Below, piece by piece: positions 29,329 to 39,421 of a DNA stretch of 64,000 nucleotides. A program made the position numbers and the translations under genes. Each line of letters opens with the position of its first letter. Positions within the stretch are counted from its first letter, which is position 1. Source of the stretch: an uncultured Rhodospirillaceae bacterium (GTDB lineage Bacteria; Pseudomonadota; Alphaproteobacteria; UBA6615); NCBI GenBank assembly GCA_964530225.1, contig CAZHBA010000104.1, positions 15,178 through 79,177 of the forward strand, written 5' to 3'. The notes beneath the pieces were generated by a model, which was given only the letters and a program-made list of their open reading frames with translations, made no database searches and was not told the DNA's origin.

Positions 29329-31125
29329 ATGAACAAAGCCACTAAACCAGCCGCTTCCGCATCAGATCAGCCGGCGGCGACAGAGCAGTTGCGCGTCGTC
29401 ATCGTCGGTCATGGCAAGTCGACCCTGGTTGGGCGCTTGCTCCACGACACCAACATGCTACCCAAAGGTAAGCTCGAAGCTATCGAGGAGATTGAGTTTC
29501 GCCACGCCGAGCGCGAATACGTTTTAATCGACGCGCCGAGCCACCGTGAAATTATCCGTAATATGGTGACCGGCACTTCCAGCGCCGATGCAGTGCTGCT
29601 GCTAATCGATGCCAACCAGGGGACGCGTGGCCAATTGTCCCGCCATGGCTATCTGCTGCAGTTGCTCGGATTCCACCAGGTCGCAGTCATGGTCAACAAG
29701 ATGGACCTAATCGGTTATAGCGAAGCGCGTTTCCGGGAAATTGAGCGCGAATACAGCAGTCACCTCGAAGGCATCGGCGTTACGCCGACCTGCGTTATCC
29801 CAATTTCAGCGCGCAACGGCGACAATGTCGCAACGGCTTCGAAAAATTTAGGCTGGCAGAATGGGTCCACGGTCCTCGATGCGCTGGCCGAGTTTACCCC
29901 GCCGGAGAGCCACGAAGATGCACCGCTACGCTTGCCGCTTCAGGCCGTCGACAAATCCGACGACCGCTGGGTTTTTGTCGGCCGCATCAAAAGCGGTCGG
30001 CTCAGCGTCGGTGACGAACTGTTGTTTTCACCCAATAACCTCACCGCTAAAGTCGCTAGTATCGAAGTTCGGAGCACCAAAGAACCCGTCGCCCAGGCAA
30101 ATGCTGGCTTATCGGTTGGCTTCACTCTGGACGAACAAATATTCGTCGAGCGCGGTGAGATCGCTAGCCATGTCGAGAATCCGCCCATTGAAACCGATGT
30201 ATTTCACGTGCGGTTATATTGGCTGTCTGAGCACGCACTGGCAGCCGGCGATACGGTTACCCTCAAGATCGGTCCCACGTCGGTGCGTGCGACGATCGAT
30301 CAGATCGAACAAGTCATCAACGTCGATGCGCTAACCGACCGGACGGCCGACAAGGTGGTGCGTGACGAGATTGCCGACGTTGTCGTACGCACCGCGCACC
30401 TTGTCGCTATCGACCCCCATCAAACCTTACTGCGCACCAGCTGTGTCGTGTTCACCGACAAGCACAAAACCTTGGGTGGCGGCGTTGTCTCGATGGGCCA
30501 TTACCCAGACCAGCGGAAACTGGTCACGGTGCGCGCAACCAATGTCGTCGCCGAGGCCCATCGGGTAACGACGCCACAACGTATCGATCGTAATCGTCAC
30601 GAGCCTGGCGTTTTGTGGTTCACCGGGCTGTCCGGGTCTGGCAAATCAACCTTGGCGATGACGCTGGAACAACGCCTGTTCGACCAAGGTTATCAGGTCT
30701 ACGTACTCGACGGCGACAATGTGCGCGGCGGCCTCAACGCCAACCTTGGGTTTTCACCTGAAGACCGGGCCGAGAACATTCGCCGGGTCAGTGAGGTGGC
30801 GGCCCTGTTGACCGACGCCGGCGTCATCGTCATTACCGCCTTTATCTCGCCCTACCTCGCCGACCGCGAACGCGCGCGCGCTGTCGCAGGTGATAATTTC
30901 CACGAAATTTATATTGAGGCCGACCTGGAAACTTGTGAGGCGCGCGACCCCAAGGGTCTGTATAAACGCGCGCGCAACGGTGAAATCGGCGAATTCACAG
31001 GTATTTCTGCTCCCTACGAGACGCCCAGTCATCCCAACCTAGTGATCAACACGGCAATAAACGATATCAATACCTGTATCAATCAGCTGGAGGCCTATAT
31101 CACTAAAAATTTCCAGCGGGGTTAA
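29329..31125 (+). CDS. CysN-like (degenerate GTPase) / CysC adenylylsulfate-kinase fusion protein
   Basis: C-terminal APS kinase with P-loop GLSGSGKSTLA and …ITAFISPY…. N-terminal EF-Tu/CysN-like domain with NKMD and SAR motifs. Its P-loop is shortened (VGHGKST), switch I is deleted (~35 aa missing vs CysN) and DxxG is replaced by DAPSH. No cysD partner in the window. Confidence 0.7.
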   Translation: MNKATKPAASASDQPAATEQLRVVIVGHGKSTLVGRLLHDTNMLPKGKLEAIEEIEFRHAEREYVLIDAPSHREIIRNMVTGTSSADAVLLLIDANQGTRGQLSRHGYLLQLLGFHQVAVMVNKMDLIGYSEARFREIEREYSSHLEGIGVTPTCVIPISARNGDNVATASKNLGWQNGSTVLDALAEFTPPESHEDAPLRLPLQAVDKSDDRWVFVGRIKSGRLSVGDELLFSPNNLTAKVASIEVRSTKEPVAQANAGLSVGFTLDEQIFVERGEIASHVENPPIETDVFHVRLYWLSEHALAAGDTVTLKIGPTSVRATIDQIEQVINVDALTDRTADKVVRDEIADVVVRTAHLVAIDPHQTLLRTSCVVFTDKHKTLGGGVVSMGHYPDQRKLVTVRATNVVAEAHRVTTPQRIDRNRHEPGVLWFTGLSGSGKSTLAMTLEQRLFDQGYQVYVLDGDNVRGGLNANLGFSPEDRAENIRRVSEVAALLTDAGVIVITAFISPYLADRERARAVAGDNFHEIYIEADLETCEARDPKGLYKRARNGEIGEFTGISAPYETPSHPNLVINTAINDINTCINQLEAYITKNFQRG

Positions 31126-31128
31126 TCA

Positions 31129-31983
31129 TTGCCGGTTCTAGAAACCTTACGCCGTCTGCGCCACGGTCCGCTTTCGCGCTTCGATCGCATCTGGGTTTCG
31201 CTTGGCCGTCTGGCGCGGTTCGTAATTGCCGCCCTGCCGCGCTCGACAGTGAAACAGCGTATCGGTCCATTCGGACCCTTCCGGCTGGATGCGTACTTCG
31301 CCTTTAGTAATTTCTCCGCCTGGGGCCAGGGCCACAACAACGGCTTCCTGGCAACGGTCGAGGCTTGCCGCGGTAAAAATTGCATATTCGATATCGGCGG
31401 CCATATCGGGCTGGTCACCTTGCCGATGAGCCGAGTCGTTTCGCCGGCCGGCCGTGTCTTTAGCTTCGAACCTGGTAAAGCCAACCTCGAATTCCTGCGG
31501 TTTCACCTGGCACGCAACAACGCCACCAATGTCGAGGTCGTAGACACGCTGGTGGGGGATAGCGACGGCTGGATGGACTTCTTCGAACAAAGCGGCGCCG
31601 CCGGACAGAACTCAGTGGTGTTGAAGAAGAACCAAGAAGCCTATCAACGTGTCCGTCGGCGTCAGGTTACGCTAGACCGATTCTGTGCGGACAGCGAATT
31701 GCGGCCTGAAGTTATCAAGGTTGATGTCGAGGGAGCCGAACTAGCGGTTCTGCGCGGCGCACGCGAAACCCTCCGACGCAACCGCCCAACCCTTTTCCTC
31801 AGCGTCCATCCAACCGAACTTCGCTTGCTAGGCGAATCCGTCGACAGCCTGATGCACGAAATCGAAGATTTGGGGTATGTCTGTCTTGAGATTGGCGGGG
31901 AACCAGTCGCCGCATTTCGCCTGGCAGAGTATTTAATGTTACCGAAGGAACAAGCCAGTGGGCCTGCTAAACAGCGCGATTGA
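31129..31983 (+). CDS. FkbM-family SAM-dependent methyltransferase
   Basis: FDIGGHIGLVT (motif I) and IKVDVEGAELAVLRGA (FkbM hallmark). 284 aa. Confidence 0.7.
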   Translation: MPVLETLRRLRHGPLSRFDRIWVSLGRLARFVIAALPRSTVKQRIGPFGPFRLDAYFAFSNFSAWGQGHNNGFLATVEACRGKNCIFDIGGHIGLVTLPMSRVVSPAGRVFSFEPGKANLEFLRFHLARNNATNVEVVDTLVGDSDGWMDFFEQSGAAGQNSVVLKKNQEAYQRVRRRQVTLDRFCADSELRPEVIKVDVEGAELAVLRGARETLRRNRPTLFLSVHPTELRLLGESVDSLMHEIEDLGYVCLEIGGEPVAAFRLAEYLMLPKEQASGPAKQRD

Positions 31984-32908
31984 AACCCTGCGGGACCGGG
32001 GAGTAGCAGCCCTTTCCAAGGCTTGCTGGGGCGTGGCCCGCACTGCCGTCCTTAAGCTACTTGGCCGGCGCTTCGCGTTGTGCCGTGTCTATGACTACAA
32101 ACTCTGGGTCGACCTGGAGGACAGAGGTATTTCGCGTACTCTAATGTTGTTCGGCGAACGCGAACTGGAACACAAGATTATGCTCGAGCGTGTCGTGCAA
32201 CCTGGTATGAGAATTTTCGATATCGGCGCTAATATCGGCTACTACGCCGTCATGGAAAGCCAACTTACCGGCCCGTCGGGCCAAGTTGTAGCGATCGAAC
32301 CGTCGCCTGAGAACGTCGCGCTGTTGCGGCGCAACCTGGAGCAAAACGCGGTCGACAATGTGGTCGTGCGCGAGGGTGCGGTGTCCAACAGCACCGGCGA
32401 CCGTGAGCTCCATCTGTCCGCCCAAAGCAATCTCAACACCTTCCACGACGTGGGTAGCGGTGCCGTGCATTTGGCGGGAAAGACGGTCTCCGTTCAACTG
32501 AAAACAGTTCCTGCCCTGGCCGAAGAATTTGGCCAGCCGGACATTCTGCGTATGGATGTGGAGGGGCACGAAGTGGAGGTTATCGGCGGCCTGCTAGAGG
32601 CGGCGGAATCCGGAAAGACGCGGCCGATGATCATTTTCGAGACGCATTTGTCGCGCTATACAGACGATCACAGCTTCGAGCCCGTACTGCAGCGTCTGTT
32701 CGCGGCCGGGTACCGAGTCAGCCTCGCGGCTTCCTCATGGAAGCGGGGAACGACGCTGGTGCAGAGCTTCGGCTATCGCGGTGGGGAAACCGTGCGCAGC
32801 GACGGGGTGACGCGCACCTTGTTCGAGGATATCGCACCTGGTGATGCTGTGGACTTAATCTGCCACCGTGGCGGCCTGCGTACCGTGTTGCTGGTGCCAA
32901 CTCCTTAG
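31958..32908 (+). CDS. FkbM-family SAM-dependent methyltransferase (second copy)
   Basis: FDIGANIGYYAV and LRMDVEGHEVEVIGG. 316 aa; overlaps the upstream gene by 26 nt. Confidence 0.7.
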   Translation: MGLLNSAIETLRDRGVAALSKACWGVARTAVLKLLGRRFALCRVYDYKLWVDLEDRGISRTLMLFGERELEHKIMLERVVQPGMRIFDIGANIGYYAVMESQLTGPSGQVVAIEPSPENVALLRRNLEQNAVDNVVVREGAVSNSTGDRELHLSAQSNLNTFHDVGSGAVHLAGKTVSVQLKTVPALAEEFGQPDILRMDVEGHEVEVIGGLLEAAESGKTRPMIIFETHLSRYTDDHSFEPVLQRLFAAGYRVSLAASSWKRGTTLVQSFGYRGGETVRSDGVTRTLFEDIAPGDAVDLICHRGGLRTVLLVPTP

Positions 32909-32922
32909 AAGCGGTCATCCTG

Positions 32923-34020
32923 TTAGTGCGCCACCTCTTCGCAGATGGCAAGCCATGCACGCGCGATCTTCTGGGGTTCCAGTGCCTCGACTTGGCGGCG
33001 GGCCTGTGTACCGAATTTGCAGGCCAGCTCTTCGTCTGCCGCCAACTCCGACATAGCCTCAGCCAATGCCTGCGGATCCTCCGGTGGAACGGCGCGCGTT
33101 CCGGTACCGCCACGCACAGGGTCCAGCGCGCCGGTTATGGTGCCTGCCGTGGCAACCGTCGGACAGCCATGCCCCATCGCCTCTAAAAGGGCGTTGGGCA
33201 TGCCCTCAAAGCGCGACGGCAGCACAAACATCCGACAACGTTGATAGTAGAAGGCCGGGTCCACAAAACCTTCCAAACGCACCCGGTTGGCTAAACCTAG
33301 GCTATCCACCCGCCGTGTCAGAGCTTCACGTTCCGGCCCCTCGCCTAGGATCACGAGGCGCCAATCCTTGTGTCGCGGGGCGAACAGGGCAAACGCATCC
33401 AACAGTACATCGAATCCCTTCTGGCGATTCAGCCTCCCAACCGCCAGCACGAAGGGATTTTCAGCATCGGGTGCCCAGGGATCCAAGTGCGGCGGCAGCA
33501 AATTTGGAATATGTCGAAGCTTCGCTACCGGCACATAACTCTGCATGGCAACGACCGCGCCGGTAGAGTTGGCGGTCACGAGCGCGGCTTTGCGGTAGAG
33601 CATCCGGCGCAGCACGTCCCATATACGCCCAAGTGATTGCCGGGCCGGATCGTTGCGTTCGGAAATTATCACCGGCACGCCCAATCCGATGCAAGCGAGA
33701 ATGGTGAGAATGTTCGTGGTGCCGACGAAAGCGATCACAATATCCGGCTGGGTGCGACGCACCATGGAACGCAGGCCCGCGATCCGCCGGGCATTGCCCA
33801 ACAGAGCACTTAACGCATGGCGCGACGCCCCCCCCAGGCGGGCGGACAGACGTTCCACCCGCGGATCCAAAACAACGGCGTCCGGCCCATTATCGGCATA
33901 GGTAACCACACTGACCTGCTGGTCGAGATCGCAAAGCTCCGTTGCCAACAACGACAAAACACGCTGCGCACCGCCACCACCCAGACTCTCAATGACGAAT
34001 GTCAGATGCAAGTTCGCCAT
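32923..34020 (-). CDS. Glycosyltransferase family 4 (GT-B, 'group 1')
   Basis: N-terminal GGGAQR-type sugar-donor loop and C-terminal EGMPNALLEAMGHGCPTV (E-x7-E region). 365 aa. Confidence 0.75.
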   Translation of the reverse strand: MANLHLTFVIESLGGGGAQRVLSLLATELCDLDQQVSVVTYADNGPDAVVLDPRVERLSARLGGASRHALSALLGNARRIAGLRSMVRRTQPDIVIAFVGTTNILTILACIGLGVPVIISERNDPARQSLGRIWDVLRRMLYRKAALVTANSTGAVVAMQSYVPVAKLRHIPNLLPPHLDPWAPDAENPFVLAVGRLNRQKGFDVLLDAFALFAPRHKDWRLVILGEGPEREALTRRVDSLGLANRVRLEGFVDPAFYYQRCRMFVLPSRFEGMPNALLEAMGHGCPTVATAGTITGALDPVRGGTGTRAVPPEDPQALAEAMSELAADEELACKFGTQARRQVEALEPQKIARAWLAICEEVAH

Positions 34021-35161
34021 AGATATCGGCTAGGATTGCAGCGTGCCGGTGGGCATCGTAACGCTGGTGAGTGGCTGTCCTACCAGCTTCCGCAAGCTTC
34101 GTGCGGAGTTCCCGGTCACCGAGCAGCATCGACAACTGGTCGGCAAAATCACCGGCATCGTCCGGCCCAGCCAGAAGACCAGTTTTCCTGTGCGCGACGA
34201 TATCGTGATGGCCGCCATCATCGGCCGCGATAACCGCGGTGGACAGCAGCATCGCCTCAATTACCGTGCGGCCCAACCCTTCACCGACGCCCGGCGCCAC
34301 CAAAACATCGAAGCCGGCCATATAAGGCAGGATTGGAAAACACGGACCCGGCAGGTGCACCCGGCCTGCCAAATTTTCTCGCTGCAGTTCGGCTTGGCGC
34401 TCAATCGTCAAAAAGCCCCGCGTGTCACCAATCATTACGAAATGGCAATTGTTACCGGCTCTTTGCGTGTGCAATGCGGCAATTTTCAAAAACAGCTCGG
34501 GACGCTTCTGCGCCTCCATATTGCCAACAAAGCCGACAATCGCCGCGTCCGGCGGAATAGAGAGTTCTTGTACCAGGCGGTGGCGGTGCCCAGCCCTGAC
34601 GTCGTTCGACATCTCGGGCAGGTCGAATGGTTCATCAACCACGCGCGCCCGCGCCGCCATCGCCGCGGGCAAACCGCTGCGGCAAAATTCCGAAATCGTG
34701 AGTACACGGGCGGGAAACCAGCTGTACAATCCCAGCCGTCGCGACGGGTTTATTGTGCGCTGGTGCCAAACATGGGCGCAACCGGCGCGCCGGGCCGCCA
34801 GCGTCCAGGTCATATGCATGCGCGCATCATTGGTGTGAATAAAGCGCCAAGAGCGGTTCCGCAGCATCGGCGCCAAGCGAACGGACGCCCGCTGCATGAA
34901 GTACAATTCAATAGGCAGCGGGCCGCCGATAACAACATCATCTGGCGGAAGTGTTTCGAAAGGCGTGCCACGACTCTCGAGATGCGCCGCCAGCAGGCCA
35001 TCGGTCTGGTGCAACCCGACGACCGGTTGAATACCTAAGGCGGGCAGGGCGTCGATTAGCGTCAAGGCCGAGACATGACTACCGCCAAGGCTGTCACCGA
35101 CGAATGGGAACAAAACACTGCCTATGGTGGCTTCCGCCTCCGGCATGTAGCGACCGTTCAT
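33989..35161 (-). CDS. Glycosyltransferase family 4
   Basis: C-terminal …PGVGEGLGRTVIEAMLLSTAVIAADDGG… GT4 signature and N-terminal GGSHVSAL. 390 aa. ATGA overlap with the upstream gene. Confidence 0.75.
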   Translation of the reverse strand: MNGRYMPEAEATIGSVLFPFVGDSLGGSHVSALTLIDALPALGIQPVVGLHQTDGLLAAHLESRGTPFETLPPDDVVIGGPLPIELYFMQRASVRLAPMLRNRSWRFIHTNDARMHMTWTLAARRAGCAHVWHQRTINPSRRLGLYSWFPARVLTISEFCRSGLPAAMAARARVVDEPFDLPEMSNDVRAGHRHRLVQELSIPPDAAIVGFVGNMEAQKRPELFLKIAALHTQRAGNNCHFVMIGDTRGFLTIERQAELQRENLAGRVHLPGPCFPILPYMAGFDVLVAPGVGEGLGRTVIEAMLLSTAVIAADDGGHHDIVAHRKTGLLAGPDDAGDFADQLSMLLGDRELRTKLAEAGRTATHQRYDAHRHAAILADIYGELASDIRH

Positions 35162-36252
35162 GCCCGGGCCGCTTCCGCCGAACGGCTAGTGACGACGGCC
35201 TGTAATTGCTCGATAAACAATGGCGCTGCGTCAGAGCTTATCAGGTGGCAAGCGTATCGCGCCTGGCCCTCTGTGGCGATCTGTAGCCAGTTCGGATAGT
35301 CGGCCAAGATCGCATCCAGTCTCTCCTCGAAATCACTCAGGTCCCAGCGATGAGCGACGTATGTCTGGCCATCGACAAACAAATTTGGCCACGTCTCGAT
35401 GCCGGACATATCGGGCTTGAATAAAAGCCCGCCAGTGAGAAAAACTTCAAAGTCCTTGAGGGTGATTTCGCCCCACCCGAAGGGCGAGACGATAACCTTA
35501 CTACGGCGCAACTCAGCGAGGTAACGCCGACGTGACAGTTTGCCGGTCGGCATGCGCGCTGCCATTCGCTCTCTTATGAGCCATCGCTGCGCCGCCACCG
35601 AGGCACGGGAATAGGTGGTGCCAAAGCGGCAGGAAATAGGTTGTTGGCGGGAATCGGAAGGAGGCGTGAAGCGGGTTGGTGCGCGCAGCAAGGGCGCCAG
35701 CGGTAGGCGGTTATAAAGCGCCATACGGTAGGGCCCGAATGCGGAATAGTTGGCGAGCCCAGAGTGCCAGGAGATTCGTAATTTGCCCAGAAGCGCCGCC
35801 TTCGGTACCGGTCGCGACCAGGCCGGCTCGAAATCCACGATGCCCAGAGTGCGGTGATAGTAGTCGGCGAAGGCGCGGTAAGCGTATTGTGGCTTTAAAT
35901 ATGCGCTGCGATCGCGCATCAACTGGCCCTTGGCGTAGATGTCCACGATGGGTAGGAGCTTGCTAATGAGCCATCCTGCGGAATCGGAAGTGTCGCAAAA
36001 CACCGTAGTCGTCCGCTGCGACCATTCCGCAAAATCCGCCAAGATTTCCGCTTCTTGGGACGGCCACAGCGGCTCATGAAATTTGCGGTCGACCAACAGG
36101 CAATCGCAATCGGTAAGTGCGGGTGCGGCCGTATCGAACAGCCGAATGCAGATTCCCGCCTGCGCCAGCGCACGGCGGTGCACGATCAGAGGGAACAGGA
36201 AGGCCCGTCCGTTCGGTGTCGTGAAGCCTGGTGTTAGGATATGAAGCAGCAT
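35158..36252 (-). CDS. Glycosyltransferase-like protein (CgeB / Glyco_trans_1_2-like C-terminal domain)
   Basis: C-terminal …RRSKVIVSPFGWGEITLKDFEVFLTGGLLFKP… resembles the GT1-like domain found in CgeB/YkvP-type proteins. 364 aa. Confidence 0.5.
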   Translation of the reverse strand: MLLHILTPGFTTPNGRAFLFPLIVHRRALAQAGICIRLFDTAAPALTDCDCLLVDRKFHEPLWPSQEAEILADFAEWSQRTTTVFCDTSDSAGWLISKLLPIVDIYAKGQLMRDRSAYLKPQYAYRAFADYYHRTLGIVDFEPAWSRPVPKAALLGKLRISWHSGLANYSAFGPYRMALYNRLPLAPLLRAPTRFTPPSDSRQQPISCRFGTTYSRASVAAQRWLIRERMAARMPTGKLSRRRYLAELRRSKVIVSPFGWGEITLKDFEVFLTGGLLFKPDMSGIETWPNLFVDGQTYVAHRWDLSDFEERLDAILADYPNWLQIATEGQARYACHLISSDAAPLFIEQLQAVVTSRSAEAARA

Positions 36253-36271
36253 CTGCGTGAGATACCCTGGA

Positions 36272-36535
36272 TCAGGTCCATGCCTCGGCCATTAAGGTGC
36301 CGGAAGTTTCGACGCGTTCGTGAGCCTCGCGGTAATACTCCTCTGGCTGTTCATAGCGTTCGAACGCGAGAAAACCGGTCTCCCGGTCGCGATGCACGGC
36401 AATGGACTTATCTCTTGTGCGGGTATGAAACAATTCCATACGCGATGGGTCGGCGGCGCCAATAGAAACTAGGTTCCGGAAGGCGGGATTTTCAATTTTG
36501 GACATACGGAAGTTCATTCTTGACGTGCGCGGCAT
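36272..36535 (-). CDS. Small hypothetical protein (77-87 aa)
   Basis: ORF in the 350-bp gap between two coupled glycosyltransferase genes on the same strand. No recognisable motif. Confidence 0.3.
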   Translation of the reverse strand: MPRTSRMNFRMSKIENPAFRNLVSIGAADPSRMELFHTRTRDKSIAVHRDRETGFLAFERYEQPEEYYREAHERVETSGTLMAEAWT

Positions 36536-36602
36536 ACCGTCCCAAATACACTCGGGTGATCAGCATCCACAGCACCATTAGGGCTTATATACCAGTTGGT
36601 TC

Positions 36603-37805
36603 CTAACAATTTGGCGGCACGTCAGGGGGCATGAAATCGGCGGAAACGCCGTAGCCCTGAAGCAAAGATCGGTACAAGCGCGCATAGGCTTGCATACTCG
36701 CGTCCTGGCCGAATAGGCTTATCGCACGGTCGCGTCCAGCAGCGCCGAGACGGTGGCATAACTCCTTATCAATAATTAGTTTCTCCAAGGCTTCGGCAAG
36801 GTCTCGCGGTTGCTTAGGGGGAACGAGCAGACCTGTTCCCCTATCGACAACAGCCTCAATATTACCGCCTACCGCAGTCGCAACAACGGGTAGCGCGCGC
36901 TCCATATATTCCAAAAGCGCGTTGGAGAAACCTTCCTCATGGGAGCACAGAACGCCAATATCACAGCCATCCAGTACACGGCCCACATCCGCTGTTTCGC
37001 CAAGAAAGCGAGTCCGATCAGCGATACCCAAGACCTCCGCACACCGCTCTAGCACGATGCGGTAACCAATAGCGTCTGCGCCGAGGACGAGCACGTTCCA
37101 ATCACGGTCCACCGTCAGCAGAGCCAACGCCTCCAACAAATCGATATGGCCCTTGTAGGGAATTAGATTGGCCACAATTACTAGAGCAACACTGGAGGGC
37201 TCAATCAGAAGCTCAGTTCGAATTTGCGCCCGCCGCCCATCGGTGGGAAGCTCGCTAACCGTAACACCGTTGCGCAGCAGGATGAGCTTATCTCTAGGCA
37301 CCCCCTCATCGGAGAAAAGTTCCATGATAATCCGTTCGGAGTTTCCCGAGATTACTGTCATGCGTTGGTGCAGCCATCTTTCCAATCGCGCAAAGATCGG
37401 TGGTTTCAAGGCGTGATATGCGTTTTGGCTTCGTCGGCTCATAAGCTTTGTGCGAATGCCCAACAGCACGGCTATCGGCCCGGCCAGGCAATAGCTTTCC
37501 GGCAGATAAAAATGAACGATTGACGAACGCAGCCACAAAAGCCGCCAGATCAATTCGGGAACCAGCCCTGCCAACAAGAAGAATCGCCCGAAGCTGCTCC
37601 TATTAGCGGACAGGAACCGAGTAATGGCGGGCGTCACGACGGGAACACCGGTCTCACGCATAGAATCGATTAATACACCCCGGCCGGAAAGAACGAATAT
37701 CTCGACCGCAAGTCCTCTGGCACGCAGACCCGGTAAGGTCCGCAGTAGATGCATTTCTGTACCGCCCCTTTCAAGGCTGCCAATAAATATTACGATGCGA
37801 GACAT
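36603..37805 (-). CDS. Glycosyltransferase family 4
   Basis: GSLERGGTEMHLL N-terminus (WbuB/RfaG-like) and C-terminal …SHEEGFSNALLEYMERALPVVATAVGGN… signature. 400 aa. Confidence 0.75.
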   Translation of the reverse strand: MSRIVIFIGSLERGGTEMHLLRTLPGLRARGLAVEIFVLSGRGVLIDSMRETGVPVVTPAITRFLSANRSSFGRFFLLAGLVPELIWRLLWLRSSIVHFYLPESYCLAGPIAVLLGIRTKLMSRRSQNAYHALKPPIFARLERWLHQRMTVISGNSERIIMELFSDEGVPRDKLILLRNGVTVSELPTDGRRAQIRTELLIEPSSVALVIVANLIPYKGHIDLLEALALLTVDRDWNVLVLGADAIGYRIVLERCAEVLGIADRTRFLGETADVGRVLDGCDIGVLCSHEEGFSNALLEYMERALPVVATAVGGNIEAVVDRGTGLLVPPKQPRDLAEALEKLIIDKELCHRLGAAGRDRAISLFGQDASMQAYARLYRSLLQGYGVSADFMPPDVPPNC

Positions 37806-37921
37806 GTTGTCGTGTGCGGACCTCTTGAAAGTAATCGCAAGCTGTGCTCCAGCACCTTATCGCTGGATAGTATATCGAGATATCAAAACTCCGTCGGTGG
37901 CTACTAATTGACTGAACGTGC

Positions 37922-39421
37922 CTACGTCCTGGCACCGGTGTTGCCTAATGCAGCAGCCTCCACCCGATCCTCTGTCGCCAGCTGAAATCCCGCCCGAAGA
38001 AAACTGCTCCGGGATGCTTGGTTTTCCGGGTGGATGTCGGCCCACATCGCTTCCTCCCTCAGCAGGCGCCGCAAAGCGCGCAGCACCGCCGTACCCGTTC
38101 CTTGCCCCTGCTCGGAACCAGAGACGAGGATGGAAACCTCCCTAGGCGCCTCCCCTGACAGCGGGTCATTCCGGTCGACGCGCACCAGTCCAATGGGGAG
38201 TCCATTGGCCTCTATGATCTCACAAATGCCGAAGGGGTCGGCCAGGCGCGCTTCGCACCAGGCACGATGTGCTACGGGATCGGGCGCTGCCGGATTGCGG
38301 AAGAACCGCCGTATCCTCGGCTCTCTTTGCCAAGACAACAACGCCTCAGCATCCTCCACCCGGAAGCGCCGTAGTGTCACCGCTCTTCCTGCGCGGTCCT
38401 TTTCCGGCCGCGCTGCAAGAACAACTCTACGCGCGCCCAGCCCATCCACCAATGCGGCCCCCCGCCGCCACATGGAGTCACGCGCCGTCACATCTTCGAG
38501 CAACTCATCAAGAGCCTGCCGGGTGGCCTCAAAAATTTCTTCCGGCCCGTGCGAACGGGCATCGATTGGCAGAACACAGCCCTGCGCCGCCAGCCCCTCG
38601 ACCGTCCCACACTGGTTGTCGGCGACAACGGCGGCCAGCGATGGCAGGCCGAGACAGAGCTTTTCCTGTAGTGTAATCCCCCCGGGACCAACCGAACAAT
38701 CCGCGTCACCGAACAACTGGTCGATGTCCAGCATGTCGCGGTGACAGCGGATTCGGTCCGGTACCGAGACTGCAAGGTCCTCGACCGCTTGCCAGGATGC
38801 GGCTTGCCCGCCGAGCACCAATTCAATATTGCAATTCTCCGCCTCCCGAGATGCGAGAACCGCCCTCAAAAAGATCGGAGCAAGCCCACGGCCGTCGAGC
38901 CCCCCGGCTGTCACCAACATAGTTTTCGCGCGCGCACCGCGCCTTTCCCTGTTACGTAGCACCGCCGGGCGACGCTGGCGTATAGCTGCGCGCAGCGGCG
39001 CAAAGGTCGGGCCGAGCAAAAGCCGCGCGCTGGATGCCACAGCCTCTGAATAGGATTCCGGGCGCGCGTTGGGGGCTACATTGACGACAAGGCCACCAGC
39101 GAACTCGCAATCACCCAAATCGTCTAACACAACGGTAACGCGCGCGCCTTGCCCAATCGCCTGTATTTGGTCGCAGTCGGCAGCGTAGCTGTCGATGACG
39201 GCGACATCGCAACTGCCTTGCGCATCAGCAGACGATGGTGAAATTGGATACCGGCCTGGCGCCATCCAGCCTAACGCCTCCTGCCCCGCCTGCCCGGTCA
39301 CGAAAACCGGCCGCAGCCCGTCCTCCTCAAACGCTTCCGCCAGGGCAAGGCAGCGCGCAACATGGCCCAACCCGACACCCGGTCCCGCTTCGCAGAAAAG
39401 TCTCGCCTCGTCAGCGCTCAT
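37922..39421 (-). CDS. PseG-like UDP-2,4-diacetamido-2,4,6-trideoxy-beta-L-altropyranose hydrolase fused to a C-terminal GNAT N-acetyltransferase domain
   Basis: N-terminal ~330 aa MurG-like GT-B fold beginning …EAGPGVGLGHVARCLALAEAF (PseG glycine-rich start). C-terminal ~160 aa GNAT fold (…VRVDRND…EVSILVSGSEQGQGTGTAVLRAL…). 499 aa. Confidence 0.65.
   Translation of the reverse strand: MSADEARLFCEAGPGVGLGHVARCLALAEAFEEDGLRPVFVTGQAGQEALGWMAPGRYPISPSSADAQGSCDVAVIDSYAADCDQIQAIGQGARVTVVLDDLGDCEFAGGLVVNVAPNARPESYSEAVASSARLLLGPTFAPLRAAIRQRRPAVLRNRERRGARAKTMLVTAGGLDGRGLAPIFLRAVLASREAENCNIELVLGGQAASWQAVEDLAVSVPDRIRCHRDMLDIDQLFGDADCSVGPGGITLQEKLCLGLPSLAAVVADNQCGTVEGLAAQGCVLPIDARSHGPEEIFEATRQALDELLEDVTARDSMWRRGAALVDGLGARRVVLAARPEKDRAGRAVTLRRFRVEDAEALLSWQREPRIRRFFRNPAAPDPVAHRAWCEARLADPFGICEIIEANGLPIGLVRVDRNDPLSGEAPREVSILVSGSEQGQGTGTAVLRALRRLLREEAMWADIHPENQASRSSFLRAGFQLATEDRVEAAALGNTGART

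Noticed and set aside
29126-29332. 68-aa ORF in the divergent intergenic region between the dehydrogenase and cysNC-like genes
   Set aside because: No RBS or motif. More likely promoter DNA for the two divergent genes.
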